Shown here one piece after another: positions 29,317 to 38,993 of a stretch of 64,000 bases of DNA (within the stretch, counting starts at the first letter, position 1; each line of letters begins with the position of its first letter). Source of the DNA: a virus. Location of the stretch: the IMG/VR virus record IMGVR_UViG_3300009506_000001, positions 64,001 through 128,000 of that record; one strand, 5' to 3'. Under the pieces are notes generated by a model. The model was not told where the DNA came from. It saw nothing but the letters and a program-made list of their open reading frames with translations, and made no database searches. A program made the translations under genes and the position numbers.

Positions 29317-31868
29317 TAGAACCCTAGTAAATCTTCTACAACAAGCGATTGTGCTGTTGGTACTTCTTTACCAATAGCCTTGATAATGTTACCCAGTGGA
29401 TTGTCAACAAGTCGTTCAATGTGCATTTGTCGATTGATTGTGAAGTTCTCCAAGAACCACTCCGGTACATCGTGCAAGTCAGTTGGAAGTGCAATGCTCT
29501 TGAACTTGCCGTACTTCTTCGTTAGGTAGAAAACCTTAATCTTCATACCAGACGTAATTGCACCGCTAACACGATCGCCGTGCTGCTCGATCATCTTGTT
29601 GTAGTGAATTGCTGCAGCAACATGCCCAGGCAAACGAGTATTCGGATCATGTTCAAGGTTGGTTGTGTATTCCTCAACCTTGTTGACGCCTTTAGGAAGA
29701 CCAATCGCCATAATGTCATCGGTGGTTTCAATGTAGTGCTTGAATTCAACAATATCGTTAGCGATATCGGCCCATTCTTCGCCCTTGAGCAACCGACCCA
29801 CGTATTCATTCAACTTTTTACCAACAGCAGGTGGAATTGTTGTTTTCTTTGTGTCCAAGCCCATAACTTTGAGCTTATCAACCTTCTCGCCTTCGTTGTC
29901 GATTACACGAAGGATGTAGCGTTTCTTTTCAACGAAGATCCCACGAGAAGCGACAACTTCTCGACCAGCCTTGATAATATCATCGAACCCTGGCTGACAC
30001 AAGAACGTCTCACGCATGAATTCCTGGAACGATGCTGTGACCTTTTCGCCAGCAGCATCAGCAATCACAACAGCCTCTTCAGCATTCTCGGCAAACAAGG
30101 CAAAGTATGTGGAGTCTGTGTCACCATATAGAACAGCCTCACCGCTAGCATCATATACACCAGTCATCACTTCGTTCGTTTTTGCACACTGATGTCGAAG
30201 GATAGCACGACCTGTGCCAGTTGTACTCTCGCCCATACGTAAGTCAGAATACCTGAAGTATGCGTTGTTGAGAGCACCGTACAAGCTGTTTAGCTTGATC
30301 TTGTATACGTATTGTAACCGGTCATAATACGACTTCTTGCCTTTGTCCTCTGCCTCTGCTTTCAGTGCCTGATATTTCTTACGAGTAGCGTACCAGTCTT
30401 CAAGTATGGCTGGAATGATGCCTTTCTTCTCCTGTGAGAAGACAGTACCGAACCCACTGATGGCCCATTTACGTTCTCGCATTACAGAACGCCACTCTTC
30501 GCCCGTGTATTCTTCTTCGGAGCCATCTTCGTAGGCAAGAACTAACGTCACCATTGTCCCTTTAGCAATGTTCTCGGCCGCCTTCGCACAGTCGTCAAAC
30601 TGACCAATGAGCGTTTCAGGACTAATATTGATAGAGCGAATAGCAGAAGGATACAGCGAATTGATGTCGATTGATCCAATCCAATCATGCATACCTGTCT
30701 TTGGTTCGAGCACAAACGCCCCTGCAATACTGCCCTGCTCGGGATCACCCATGTCAGGAAAACGCATGTCCATCTCATGCACAATGTAGTTGTTGATAGC
30801 AAGCTCAGCGAGTTTTAGTGTGCCTGTAACATGCTTCCACAACCCAGTAGAAAGGTGGTACATTTCATTTGCCAGAGCAACGTATCCTAGCTTTTCTTCA
30901 AACCCCTTTAGGACCTCCGTGTCACGAAGGTTGTATCGACAGAACCAAGCAAAGTCATTTCGATACAAATCAGCCAAGGTGCCATTGTATTCCAACTTTG
31001 GTAGGTCAGGAAGCATTTCGTCGGCAATCGATTCCAACTTGTACGAAGGACGTTCAGCCATCTCATACTTCTTGAATAGAGCAAGATAGTCACAGCTGAT
31101 ACGACCATGAAGGTCAATTGTTGTGTTAGTGCGACCGAACATCTCAACTTCACGATACTTAGGGCGTCCAGCATGTGGGAATGACAACATGTCGAAGTAC
31201 TTCATGCCAAGCGTGCGTTCAAGGCGTTTCGCTATATAAGGTACGTCGAAGAAGTCACTGTTCCAACCTGCAATGAGGTCAGCATCTTCAATCTCGCCAA
31301 TAATGCTGAGAAGCAATTCTTTTTCGTTTTCGCAGAGGTAAACTTCGATCTCTGTGTCATCTGGATACTCCTCGATCTCGTTCATCTTCTTGGAGAGAGA
31401 TTCTTCGGTCCAGGTTTGACCGTCAGGAGGAACCGCGTACAACACCATCCTATGTTCCCATTGGTGATACATAGCGATGGAGTTGATTGGAGCGTAAGGG
31501 TTATCAACGCTAGAGAACCCTATCTCGGTATTGTAATCAACCTCAATATCAAGAAAGGTGATATGGAGCTTGGGAGCTGGAACCTGATAGTACCGCTCGG
31601 AAAGAAACTTTAGTTCGGGTGGAAGATCTGACTCGAACATTTCAACACCACTGCCACGACATTCACTACGAGCGGCGTTGTATTCTTCGTTTGTTGCAAA
31701 ATCGTGACGAGTGAGTTTGTCACCGTAAATGCTTACGTGCTTACCTTTGGGATCTTTCGTGAAGAAATAGTACGGAGCACGGTGATTGTTAAGAGTTCTT
31801 TCACCGTCCTCCGTACGTTCCCAAACAATGATATCGTCGCCCTTTCGGACAGCAGATATGTAGCTCAT
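29316..31868 (-). CDS. Family B DNA polymerase (gp43-like)
   Basis: Exonuclease motifs DIEV, WNSDFFD, YNLRD; polymerase motifs DINSLYPS, KIKLNSLYG, YGDTDS. Confidence 0.97.
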   Translation of the reverse strand: MSYISAVRKGDDIIVWERTEDGERTLNNHRAPYYFFTKDPKGKHVSIYGDKLTRHDFATNEEYNAARSECRGSGVEMFESDLPPELKFLSERYYQVPAPKLHITFLDIEVDYNTEIGFSSVDNPYAPINSIAMYHQWEHRMVLYAVPPDGQTWTEESLSKKMNEIEEYPDDTEIEVYLCENEKELLLSIIGEIEDADLIAGWNSDFFDVPYIAKRLERTLGMKYFDMLSFPHAGRPKYREVEMFGRTNTTIDLHGRISCDYLALFKKYEMAERPSYKLESIADEMLPDLPKLEYNGTLADLYRNDFAWFCRYNLRDTEVLKGFEEKLGYVALANEMYHLSTGLWKHVTGTLKLAELAINNYIVHEMDMRFPDMGDPEQGSIAGAFVLEPKTGMHDWIGSIDINSLYPSAIRSINISPETLIGQFDDCAKAAENIAKGTMVTLVLAYEDGSEEEYTGEEWRSVMRERKWAISGFGTVFSQEKKGIIPAILEDWYATRKKYQALKAEAEDKGKKSYYDRLQYVYKIKLNSLYGALNNAYFRYSDLRMGESTTGTGRAILRHQCAKTNEVMTGVYDASGEAVLYGDTDSTYFALFAENAEEAVVIADAAGEKVTASFQEFMRETFLCQPGFDDIIKAGREVVASRGIFVEKKRYILRVIDNEGEKVDKLKVMGLDTKKTTIPPAVGKKLNEYVGRLLKGEEWADIANDIVEFKHYIETTDDIMAIGLPKGVNKVEEYTTNLEHDPNTRLPGHVAAAIHYNKMIEQHGDRVSGAITSGMKIKVFYLTKKYGKFKSIALPTDLHDVPEWFLENFTINRQMHIERLVDNPLGNIIKAIGKEVPTAQSLVVEDLLGF

Positions 31869-32147
31869 TTACGCAGCATCCTCGTCTTCTTTGCGGCCTT
31901 CAACAAGGGTTTCGTACAGGATCGAAAACTCTTCATTCTCTGCCTGAACATCTGCGTAGTTGTGTTTGTACATGGTGCTGGCGATCTTGCGAATCATCTT
32001 CTTGTCGACGCCATACTTGTTTGCTGCTTCGGCAAGAATTTCCTTGATAGCGTCACGCTCGGCATCGATGCGAAGGAAACAGTTGGTGATTTCGCCAATG
32101 GCCATCTTGAGCTTCTGACGATCGTTCGGACTGCTAGGTAGGGACAT
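31869..32147 (-). CDS. dsDNA-binding protein, T4 DsbA-like
   Basis: AIKEILAEAANKYGVDKKMIRKIASTMYK...FSILYETL resembles T4 DsbA. Confidence 0.7.
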   Translation of the reverse strand: MSLPSSPNDRQKLKMAIGEITNCFLRIDAERDAIKEILAEAANKYGVDKKMIRKIASTMYKHNYADVQAENEEFSILYETLVEGRKEDEDAA

Positions 32148-32182
32148 AGTTATTCTCCTTATAGTTATAATTTTGTGTTGTT

Positions 32183-32211
32183 ACTATACGACGGGGAGCC
32201 GTATTAGACAA
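32183..32211 (-). promoter_or_regulatory. Sigma70-like promoter TTGTCT-17-TATAGT
   Basis: Upstream of the DsbA-like and polymerase genes. Confidence 0.65.
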
Positions 32212-32213
32212 CT

Positions 32214-32810
32214 TTACCTGTAAAATAGGTGGGAACCTATTTGTGCTACTTGCTTGTAATGGTTGCTCCAGTATGGGTCAACATACTTGGCATGATAGAG
32301 GTAAGCACCATTAGTGAGGTCATGGATGTACGCACCATCAGCAAACGCACTCGCTATGAGTTGGGCACGTTGCCATGCTTGAGGGTTTTTGGGTTTGTCG
32401 GAGCGACCATCTAGTGTCCATGAAAATTGGGCCACGTACTTGCCTGTACGTTTGTCTTTGTTTTTCTGCCACACAACCTCACAGACCGTGTTCGGATAAT
32501 ATTTAGACCGGACCCTATGCATGGTCACTAATCCGATGGCCAATTTCCCCTCTAGGTCTTGGTCGCGGGCCTCCCAGTATATGTTGAGTGCGAGACACTT
32601 TTCGTCCTCCGATGAGAACGTGTAAGACATTGGTATTTTCAAGTCCTTTTTCTGAGCGGGTGGGGCTTTCGGTATAGGCAGGCTTTCCTGTGGAGGCAGG
32701 ATAAGAACGGTGTGGGTCTGGGCCATGCCCACGTTCACACCGAGTTGGAAAGCAATGTAAAAGTCGATCACGAACATTGTGATCGCCACGAAAACTGATA
32801 GTGTCCTCAT
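32214..32810 (-). CDS. SleB-like cell wall hydrolase (Hydrolase_2) with N-terminal TM/signal segment
   Basis: CLALNIYWEAR, YPNTVCEVV, QFSW and IGSHLFY motifs. Confidence 0.9.
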   Translation of the reverse strand: MRTLSVFVAITMFVIDFYIAFQLGVNVGMAQTHTVLILPPQESLPIPKAPPAQKKDLKIPMSYTFSSEDEKCLALNIYWEARDQDLEGKLAIGLVTMHRVRSKYYPNTVCEVVWQKNKDKRTGKYVAQFSWTLDGRSDKPKNPQAWQRAQLIASAFADGAYIHDLTNGAYLYHAKYVDPYWSNHYKQVAQIGSHLFYR

Positions 32811-32845
32811 TTCCCCATATTACTATAGAATAGGGGTTAAGTCAA

Positions 32846-33466
32846 CTAGGCGATCTCCTCAAACCAAGTTGTGTAGTCACCTGGAAAATCAGCGGGATCA
32901 TACAGATAGGGCTCAGATGCAGCAATATGAAAACGCACTTGGTAGGAATCCCCTGCTAGAATAGGTGTTGTGCCATTAATAAAGTGAGGTTCACTAGGGA
33001 ACAAAACCAATGTGCTACGATTAGGATTGAAGCCAAATTGGTGCTGTGGGAATTCAACTTTGCCACCATATACTTCGAAGTCGCCATCGAATGGAACACA
33101 GTCTTGATAGTCACACAAAAATATGATACCCGTAAGGTCCCGATCTTTTGTGCGAACCCACTTCTTGCCCATATAGCTGCTGTTCTCGCAGTGAGGCTTT
33201 TCACCTTGGCAGCCTTGCGGATACCATTCGAACATCATTGTGGTGGTGCCACGATACTCAAACCCATAGTGCTCTTCGAGTTTTGGAATCAGTGGACGTA
33301 GGTGTTCAAATATTACCTCTTCGGAGCGATCATGTGATCGCATCGACTTAATAGGTACGTCCTCTACGTTTCGGTCGGGGTAATTGAAGTTGAGATCATC
33401 AACAATTTGTTCGCACAGAAGTGGTGACAGGAAATCCTGTACCACATAGAACGGTGACTTAACCAT
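32846..33466 (-). CDS. 2OG-Fe(II) oxygenase-fold protein (prolyl-4-hydroxylase-like, atypical ligands)
   Basis: RDLTGIIFL, YGGKVEFP and LVLFPS motifs; H-x-E in place of H-x-D. Confidence 0.7.
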   Translation of the reverse strand: MVKSPFYVVQDFLSPLLCEQIVDDLNFNYPDRNVEDVPIKSMRSHDRSEEVIFEHLRPLIPKLEEHYGFEYRGTTTMMFEWYPQGCQGEKPHCENSSYMGKKWVRTKDRDLTGIIFLCDYQDCVPFDGDFEVYGGKVEFPQHQFGFNPNRSTLVLFPSEPHFINGTTPILAGDSYQVRFHIAASEPYLYDPADFPGDYTTWFEEIA

Positions 33467-34371
33467 TATTTCACCTGCTTTATGATTTCGTCAGCTAAAC
33501 CAAATTCCTTAACAAGGCCAAGGATCATTTGGTGTACCTTTTCGTTAGTCAGAGTTGTCTCTTCAAGTACAGTAATGTCTTTGTATAGGTCCTGGAGTGC
33601 ATCCCAATCTACATCCTCGAAACGGTTATGTTGCTTGGTAGGATCAACAAGGAAGTTTCCTCGCTCAAGGATATTCTGTCCGATAAGGATTTTATCCTGC
33701 ATCTGTGAGCGATCATTTAGATTGAATTTGGCATTCTGAATATCTTTACCGGCAATGGAAATATTCAAAGCAATGACAGGACGGTACTCCGAACCTTCCG
33801 ACGTCTTAATAGCAGCCTGATCGATGAGCTCGGTACGAATCGTGTTATTGGATAGTAGGCTAGAACGGAACTCAACCATGTTGCGCCCGGAATCAACTTT
33901 CCATTCTTCGCAGTGTAGAGAGGATAAGTTTGCACCTGTATCAACTTTACCGGTCAGCTGTTTATTGAACTGTGGGAAACGAATCGTAACACTATCAGCA
34001 ACGACAGCTTGGTTTTCACGAAGACTGTGCTCACCGGTTTCTAGGTCGGCTCTTGCTCTTGCGGCACTGTTTGTAACGGCACGGGCAGGTCGAACAGAAA
34101 GGGTGCGATCTAGTGCCCAAATAAGAATGATCCACTCCTGCAACCGCCGCTCCTCAACTGTGTTTTTCCAGTCGGGGCTGGCCTTAACGTGTGGCTCAAC
34201 GGCGTAAACAACAAACAGTTTTTTGTTTTCGTTTTTCATCTCAGGAACAGTATGGCCAACAGCAGTAGAGTAATGGTATGGAATGCCCATAACCATAATG
34301 TCGCGAGGTAGCGTGAATCGACCTAGTCGAAAGGCCTCGTTTAGCTGTTCTAAAGATTCAAATTCGTTCAT
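33466..34371 (-). CDS. Retropepsin-like aspartic protease (RimK-associated type) with N-terminal extension
   Basis: KVDTGANLSSLH, RPVI, LNDRSQM...LIGQN motifs. Confidence 0.8.
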   Translation of the reverse strand: MNEFESLEQLNEAFRLGRFTLPRDIMVMGIPYHYSTAVGHTVPEMKNENKKLFVVYAVEPHVKASPDWKNTVEERRLQEWIILIWALDRTLSVRPARAVTNSAARARADLETGEHSLRENQAVVADSVTIRFPQFNKQLTGKVDTGANLSSLHCEEWKVDSGRNMVEFRSSLLSNNTIRTELIDQAAIKTSEGSEYRPVIALNISIAGKDIQNAKFNLNDRSQMQDKILIGQNILERGNFLVDPTKQHNRFEDVDWDALQDLYKDITVLEETTLTNEKVHQMILGLVKEFGLADEIIKQVK

Positions 34372-35039
34372 GACTTCCCTTTCTGTTTCTTGTAAAACAT
34401 ATTTATGCGATCCACTAAAGGCTTGACGTAATCGTCAATTTTTCGCTTGAATAACAACGGCATCATGCCTTTTTCCACCGCTATAAGCACGACAATGTCC
34501 TCAATAAACTCACCGAACAGTTCATCATACATCAGAGCATACGCTGTACATTGGAGGAAATAATCTTCAATCATGTCTTCAGTTTTGTTGTTATTTGAGG
34601 TCTTGAAATCGATGATAGATAGCACACCGTCGTATTCGGCAACTAGATCAACACGCCCTGCTATTTTGAGCATGTCGCTGTAAAGCGGAACCTCTTGGGC
34701 ACGAATGTTGCTAACCTTATTCAAACGAAGCTTCAACTGGTTGAACAGCTTCACGTTTAATGGGTCGTGTCCCTTAGCGGGGTTCTCGACGTTATTAAGG
34801 TAATCCTCAGCCAGTTTGTGAACAGCTGTGCCACGTTCGGCACATCGCTTCATCTCCTTATCAGCCTTTTGAGGACCAAGACTGTTACGCCAATCTTCTA
34901 ACCAAGGTTTTTCTTTGGCACCAAGAACGGTGGTGACGGATGGGTATTTCACCCCCGAAGGTGTTGTGTACCAACGTTGTCCGTTTGTGATTTTGTCTGT
35001 AAGTTCCTGAATAGGTGGAACGTTTGTGTGAATAAACAT
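34368..35039 (-). CDS. PD-(D/E)XK exonuclease
   Basis: YPSVTTVL, RGTAVH, AGRVD, IIDFKTS and QCTAYA motifs. Confidence 0.9.
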   Translation of the reverse strand: MFIHTNVPPIQELTDKITNGQRWYTTPSGVKYPSVTTVLGAKEKPWLEDWRNSLGPQKADKEMKRCAERGTAVHKLAEDYLNNVENPAKGHDPLNVKLFNQLKLRLNKVSNIRAQEVPLYSDMLKIAGRVDLVAEYDGVLSIIDFKTSNNNKTEDMIEDYFLQCTAYALMYDELFGEFIEDIVVLIAVEKGMMPLLFKRKIDDYVKPLVDRINMFYKKQKGKS

Positions 35040-35054
35040 GAAGTATTTAGCTTC

Positions 35055-35387
35055 TTATTTTCCTGCCAAACGTCTGTTCATCCTTGTGACTAGTTTCGAC
35101 TGTTGTTGGTGCTTAGAGATTCTGGTCTTCATGACACGTACTCCCTTGCGAGCACGGTTGACTTTCTTACCATGACGACGTTTCTTAGGGTCCTTTCTTT
35201 TCGCACACGCTTGTGGTGTAGCGACTATTTTACCTTTTTTTGGACCAGAAGTGCAACGGAATTGACGCTTTATTTGTCCACCCACCCGTTTGAACTGACG
35301 AATAGCGGCTTCAGAAAGAATGTTACCCTCTTCGTCTAGGTATACTTCCTCGCAACATTCTTCACAAATGATTTCGAAAAGTTTCAT
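35055..35387 (-). CDS. Basic hypothetical protein, putative internal head protein
   Basis: Acidic MKLFEII...ILSE leader followed by a Lys/Arg-rich body. Confidence 0.55.
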   Translation of the reverse strand: MKLFEIICEECCEEVYLDEEGNILSEAAIRQFKRVGGQIKRQFRCTSGPKKGKIVATPQACAKRKDPKKRRHGKKVNRARKGVRVMKTRISKHQQQSKLVTRMNRRLAGK

Positions 35388-35749
35388 GCTGGTACTCCTG
35401 TTGTTCCTGGTGTAGCGGCTCCCTGCTGTTGTCCCTGTGCTTTTGTCTGGGCAGTCAACGCTTGTTCTTTGCGAGCAAGGTCCATTTTCATTCTAGCGAT
35501 TCGCTCTTCCATCTTTTTGATCTGCAGGCGTTCCGTAGCTAATGGATCATTAGCCTTGTTGGCTTGGATTGCCTTTTCTTTATTCTGTAGGTCCTGCTGC
35601 TGAGCACGAATAGCACGTTGCGGTGATGCAGTTGCAACTTTTTGTGCTTTCTTTGCCTGAGCAACAACGTCGGCCGGCGACATCGTGGCAGGGTCAAAGG
35701 AGATGGTCTGCTCAAGCTCGGACAGATATTCTTTGAATGTCCTATCCAT
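35384..35749 (-). CDS. Hypothetical coiled-coil protein, putative internal head protein
   Basis: MDRTFKEYLSE leader resembles the T4 capsid-targeting sequence. Confidence 0.55.
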   Translation of the reverse strand: MDRTFKEYLSELEQTISFDPATMSPADVVAQAKKAQKVATASPQRAIRAQQQDLQNKEKAIQANKANDPLATERLQIKKMEERIARMKMDLARKEQALTAQTKAQGQQQGAATPGTTGVPA

Positions 35750-35750
35750 T

Positions 35751-36851
35751 TTAACGACGCAATGCCTTCAGAAGCATGTCAGCAAGTTCCATCTTGGAGA
35801 TGGATGTGTTGCCAATTCCCTTGCCACTGACCTCTTCCATTTCAGGCTCAGCGTTGATATCAATGTCTTCGGGCTTAGCCTCAACGTTGATGTCAACGTC
35901 TTCAGCAGGGGCACTTCCAAGACCTTTGCCTTCATCGGATGCAAGATCGTGCTTATATTTTGCTAGTTTTGCGATCTGCTTAGATTCTTTCTCGGCTTCC
36001 TTCTTGTCATTGTAGTAATCTTCCATGTCAAGAATTTCTTCCTCCTGCTTCACTTTCTCAGCAGCTTGACGAGCCGTTGCCTCAGCAGCACGGGCTTCTG
36101 CTTCGGCCTTGCGGGCCTCTGCGTCAGCTTTCATCATATCGATGACCTGTGTTAGAGCAGATGCAGCAGCTTCTTCACCGGGAGGCTCAGCACCAAGGTC
36201 AGCAACCTCACCTGTGTCGGCTGTCATATCCTCACCTTCGCCCGGTACAGGGGCTTCACCTTCAGCAGGTGCCTCAGCTCCAGCATTCATGTCAACACCT
36301 TCGCCAGCACCGCCCTCAACGTTGATCTCCTCTTCCTCGTCTTCGGGAATATCTCCCCACTCAACGTTGATGATATCAAACTGCTTTCTTAGCTTCCAAA
36401 GAACCTCAGCAATTTCGATTGAATCGTTTTCGTCGTCCTCGTCCTCGTCCGCACCGGCAAGTGCAGACTGAAGTGCCTGTGCGAAACTGTCTGCCTGGTC
36501 TTCAGGAACCCAAACCTTTACCATTGACCCTTTTTCATCTTCTAGGACAAACCCTGCACTATCATCACCCTTTTCTTCGGCAGCCTTTGCAGCAGTCTTT
36601 AGTTTGGCGATAACATCATCACGGTCGAAGTCACTCTCTTCGGCCTCATTAAGGAAACTGCTGAACTGAAACCCTTCACCGACAAGATGGAAGGAATAAG
36701 GCAACCCTACTGCACGTCGGTGCACCTTTCTTTTCTTGCTCTTTTTCTTTGTTTTTGAGCCGAGAGGTTCACGAAATCCTGCGATAGCACCAGCAGATGT
36801 GACGCCTGCAGCACCACCAGCAGCCGTTTCTTTGATGAGTTCTTTTAGCAT
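35751..36851 (-). CDS. Acidic protein, putative prohead core/scaffold-like
   Basis: Very Glu/Asp/Ala-rich, MLKELIKE leader, upstream TAAATA. Confidence 0.5.
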   Translation of the reverse strand: MLKELIKETAAGGAAGVTSAGAIAGFREPLGSKTKKKSKKRKVHRRAVGLPYSFHLVGEGFQFSSFLNEAEESDFDRDDVIAKLKTAAKAAEEKGDDSAGFVLEDEKGSMVKVWVPEDQADSFAQALQSALAGADEDEDDENDSIEIAEVLWKLRKQFDIINVEWGDIPEDEEEEINVEGGAGEGVDMNAGAEAPAEGEAPVPGEGEDMTADTGEVADLGAEPPGEEAAASALTQVIDMMKADAEARKAEAEARAAEATARQAAEKVKQEEEILDMEDYYNDKKEAEKESKQIAKLAKYKHDLASDEGKGLGSAPAEDVDINVEAKPEDIDINAEPEMEEVSGKGIGNTSISKMELADMLLKALRR

Positions 36852-36911
36852 AGTGAGTTCCTTATATAAACCAATTCGTTTATATTTATGGTTTTAGACG
36901 TTCTTACTCAC

Positions 36912-36938
36912 AAAAAGAAACCCGCAGATGCGGGTTTC
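36912..36938 (-). terminator. Rho-independent terminator
   Basis: gaaacccgca-tct-gcgggtttc hairpin followed by a T run on the - strand. Confidence 0.8.
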
Positions 36939-36966
36939 AGAACAGAATGCGAAATCTATGATTGCA

Positions 36967-37296
36967 TTACGATATTTGGCTAGGTTTGAAAGTTCTCCAT
37001 TTGATATCAGGAAGTTCTCGACCAGTGTGCTCGATAAAATCATCAAAAGCAAAGAGGGTTCGACGCTGCTGTTCTAGATATTCCTGATATTCATTCCAAG
37101 CGGTCAGCATTTCTTCTCGTTGTTCCTCAGAGAGATCCGTGACGTCAATCGCTTTCACATTCAGGTTCTTTGGGCTAGGAACATACGTAGGGATAACTAC
37201 ACGGTGGGTAACTTCCCCGTGAATGACCTGTTTACCTAGTACCTCGGTTTTGTGGTACGAGATGCTTTCAAGCTGATTTTCTTTCAACTTAGGCAT
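36967..37296 (-). CDS. Hypothetical protein
   Basis: Likely start MPKLKE at 37296, overlapping the upstream stop. Confidence 0.6.
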   Translation of the reverse strand: MPKLKENQLESISYHKTEVLGKQVIHGEVTHRVVIPTYVPSPKNLNVKAIDVTDLSEEQREEMLTAWNEYQEYLEQQRRTLFAFDDFIEHTGRELPDIKWRTFKPSQIS

Positions 37297-37555
37297 CGCC
37301 CTCGGCCTCGTTTGCGGCATCGACCCCTGCTCCAGCCTTTTCCTCTTCGGCCTGCATAACGACTGCAGCAATCTGGTTAGCGAGACCCTTCATGGCTGTC
37401 TGGGCCATCATCATGTCGGAACGGAACTCAAGCTCCTTCTGCTTCCAGTCGTCGTAGAAGGCGACCAGCTGCTGAGCTTCGGCGGGAAGGGACTCGACCA
37501 CAAGCGTCTTGCCTTCGATGGTTACAACTTTGGTTTCTTCTGCGTGTAGTTTCAT
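37289..37555 (-). CDS. Hypothetical protein
   Basis: ggag RBS and own sigma70-like promoter. Confidence 0.65.
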   Translation of the reverse strand: MKLHAEETKVVTIEGKTLVVESLPAEAQQLVAFYDDWKQKELEFRSDMMMAQTAMKGLANQIAAVVMQAEEEKAGAGVDAANEAEGDA

Positions 37556-37579
37556 TATTATCTCCTGTTGCGTTTAACT

Positions 37580-37608
37580 ACTATACAATGGTTTTGTTTC
37601 TTTGTCAA
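37580..37608 (-). promoter_or_regulatory. Sigma70-like promoter TTGACA-17-TATAGT
   Basis: Near-consensus boxes. Confidence 0.8.
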
Positions 37609-38933
37609 CCGTTGATCGATGACATCAATCCTAACAAATTGTTACCACTGTTATCTATGTCAGAATCTTCTGGTGTTTCCTTTGGTTTTCCGCCCTTTGG
37701 TGGTAAGTTAAGATTATTTGGGTCTGTGATTCGTAGTGTGACTTTGTTATAGTCGAGGTAGATTGTTTGACCAACACCATCGCTGGAACGTGTTTTGAGA
37801 AACTTCAAAGCCATCTCACCCTTTGCTCTCATTGCGTCTGTCATTAGGATGCTAACGTAAACGTCAGTGGTATTGATCTTACTGATACCACCAGCAATGT
37901 GACTGTGATTGACTTCCGTTGCAGTAACAGCACCACGATTCTGCTGGGATGCTGTAATACCAACAGCGTTGTAGTCGTTTGCTATTTCACGAAGCTCTTC
38001 TGATGCTCGCTTATCTTTCTCGTGGATATTGTCGGCTGAGATCTTCTCATTTGAACCCATCAGATCGATGTAGTCGATCGCAATAACGTCCGGGATGAAT
38101 CCATTCTTCAACTCGAACTCTTTTAGGTATGCTCGAATCTGGTTGCTTGTTGCACCCTGTGACATACGCTTGATGAACAACGAGCCAGACTTATCACCCG
38201 CACAGTTAATGCGGTGTGCAACTTCGTCCTTTTGCCTCTGCCAGTCTCTCGTACCAACGCCTGCGACCATTGCAATGTAGCGTTGGTAAATCATTTCCTC
38301 AGACAACTCTAGACTAATATAGAGAGCGTTTAGTCCACGCTCGACATAGTTGAGAGCTAGGTTTGCCATAACGATCGACTTACCGCCACCTGAGTTAGCA
38401 GATAGTAGGAGCAACTGCTTACGAGCAAGACCACCACCAAGAACGTCATCAAATTCTTTCCAGCCAGTTGGCTCGTAAATTTCTGCGGTTAAAAGACGTT
38501 CAAGAGTCTTATTGACATCGTCAAATAAACTCGTACCCAAATCTTTCTGGAGGGAGATCAAGAGGGCATTCGTAACAAGGGTTTGAATGCCAGGAAACTC
38601 TTTCTCATTGCCGCTCTCATAAATTTCGGCGGCGTTCATTATAGCCTTTCTTAGGGCTTTGTCACGACAAAACCTTTCAACCTCGTTGGAACAGTAATCA
38701 ACTTTGTCTCGGGTTATATTGTCGTGGAGAGCAAACGCCTGGCCTGTTTCAGCGGCGATCTGTTGAGGTGTAGGTAGACTATTGTAGTCATTGTAGTACT
38801 CCTGAATAAACTTGACAGAGTCACGAGCCTCTGGGTCAAAGTATTCAGGTTGAATAATTGTAGTACACTTTGCGAAGACGTCGACCGACGATAGCATGTA
38901 CTCAATAAGCAAGATTTGCTTTTTCAGATTCAT
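37605..38933 (-). CDS. Replicative DnaB-like helicase (gp41-like)
   Basis: Walker A ANSGGGKS, YISLELSE, IDYIDLM and TASQQNR motifs. Confidence 0.93.
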   Translation of the reverse strand: MNLKKQILLIEYMLSSVDVFAKCTTIIQPEYFDPEARDSVKFIQEYYNDYNSLPTPQQIAAETGQAFALHDNITRDKVDYCSNEVERFCRDKALRKAIMNAAEIYESGNEKEFPGIQTLVTNALLISLQKDLGTSLFDDVNKTLERLLTAEIYEPTGWKEFDDVLGGGLARKQLLLLSANSGGGKSIVMANLALNYVERGLNALYISLELSEEMIYQRYIAMVAGVGTRDWQRQKDEVAHRINCAGDKSGSLFIKRMSQGATSNQIRAYLKEFELKNGFIPDVIAIDYIDLMGSNEKISADNIHEKDKRASEELREIANDYNAVGITASQQNRGAVTATEVNHSHIAGGISKINTTDVYVSILMTDAMRAKGEMALKFLKTRSSDGVGQTIYLDYNKVTLRITDPNNLNLPPKGGKPKETPEDSDIDNSGNNLLGLMSSING

Positions 38934-38964
38934 AGCGTTCCTTATCTTATTATTGTGTGGAACA

Positions 38965-38993
38965 ACTATACTGTGCTAGGAGATGTAAATCAA
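38965..38993 (-). promoter_or_regulatory. Sigma70-like promoter TTGATT-17-TATAGT
   Basis: Upstream of the helicase gene. Confidence 0.65.

Noticed and set aside
22000-32147. C-terminal LAA/DAA ends (22437 and 31869) as built-in ssrA-like degrons
   Set aside because: Only two cases, which is compatible with chance
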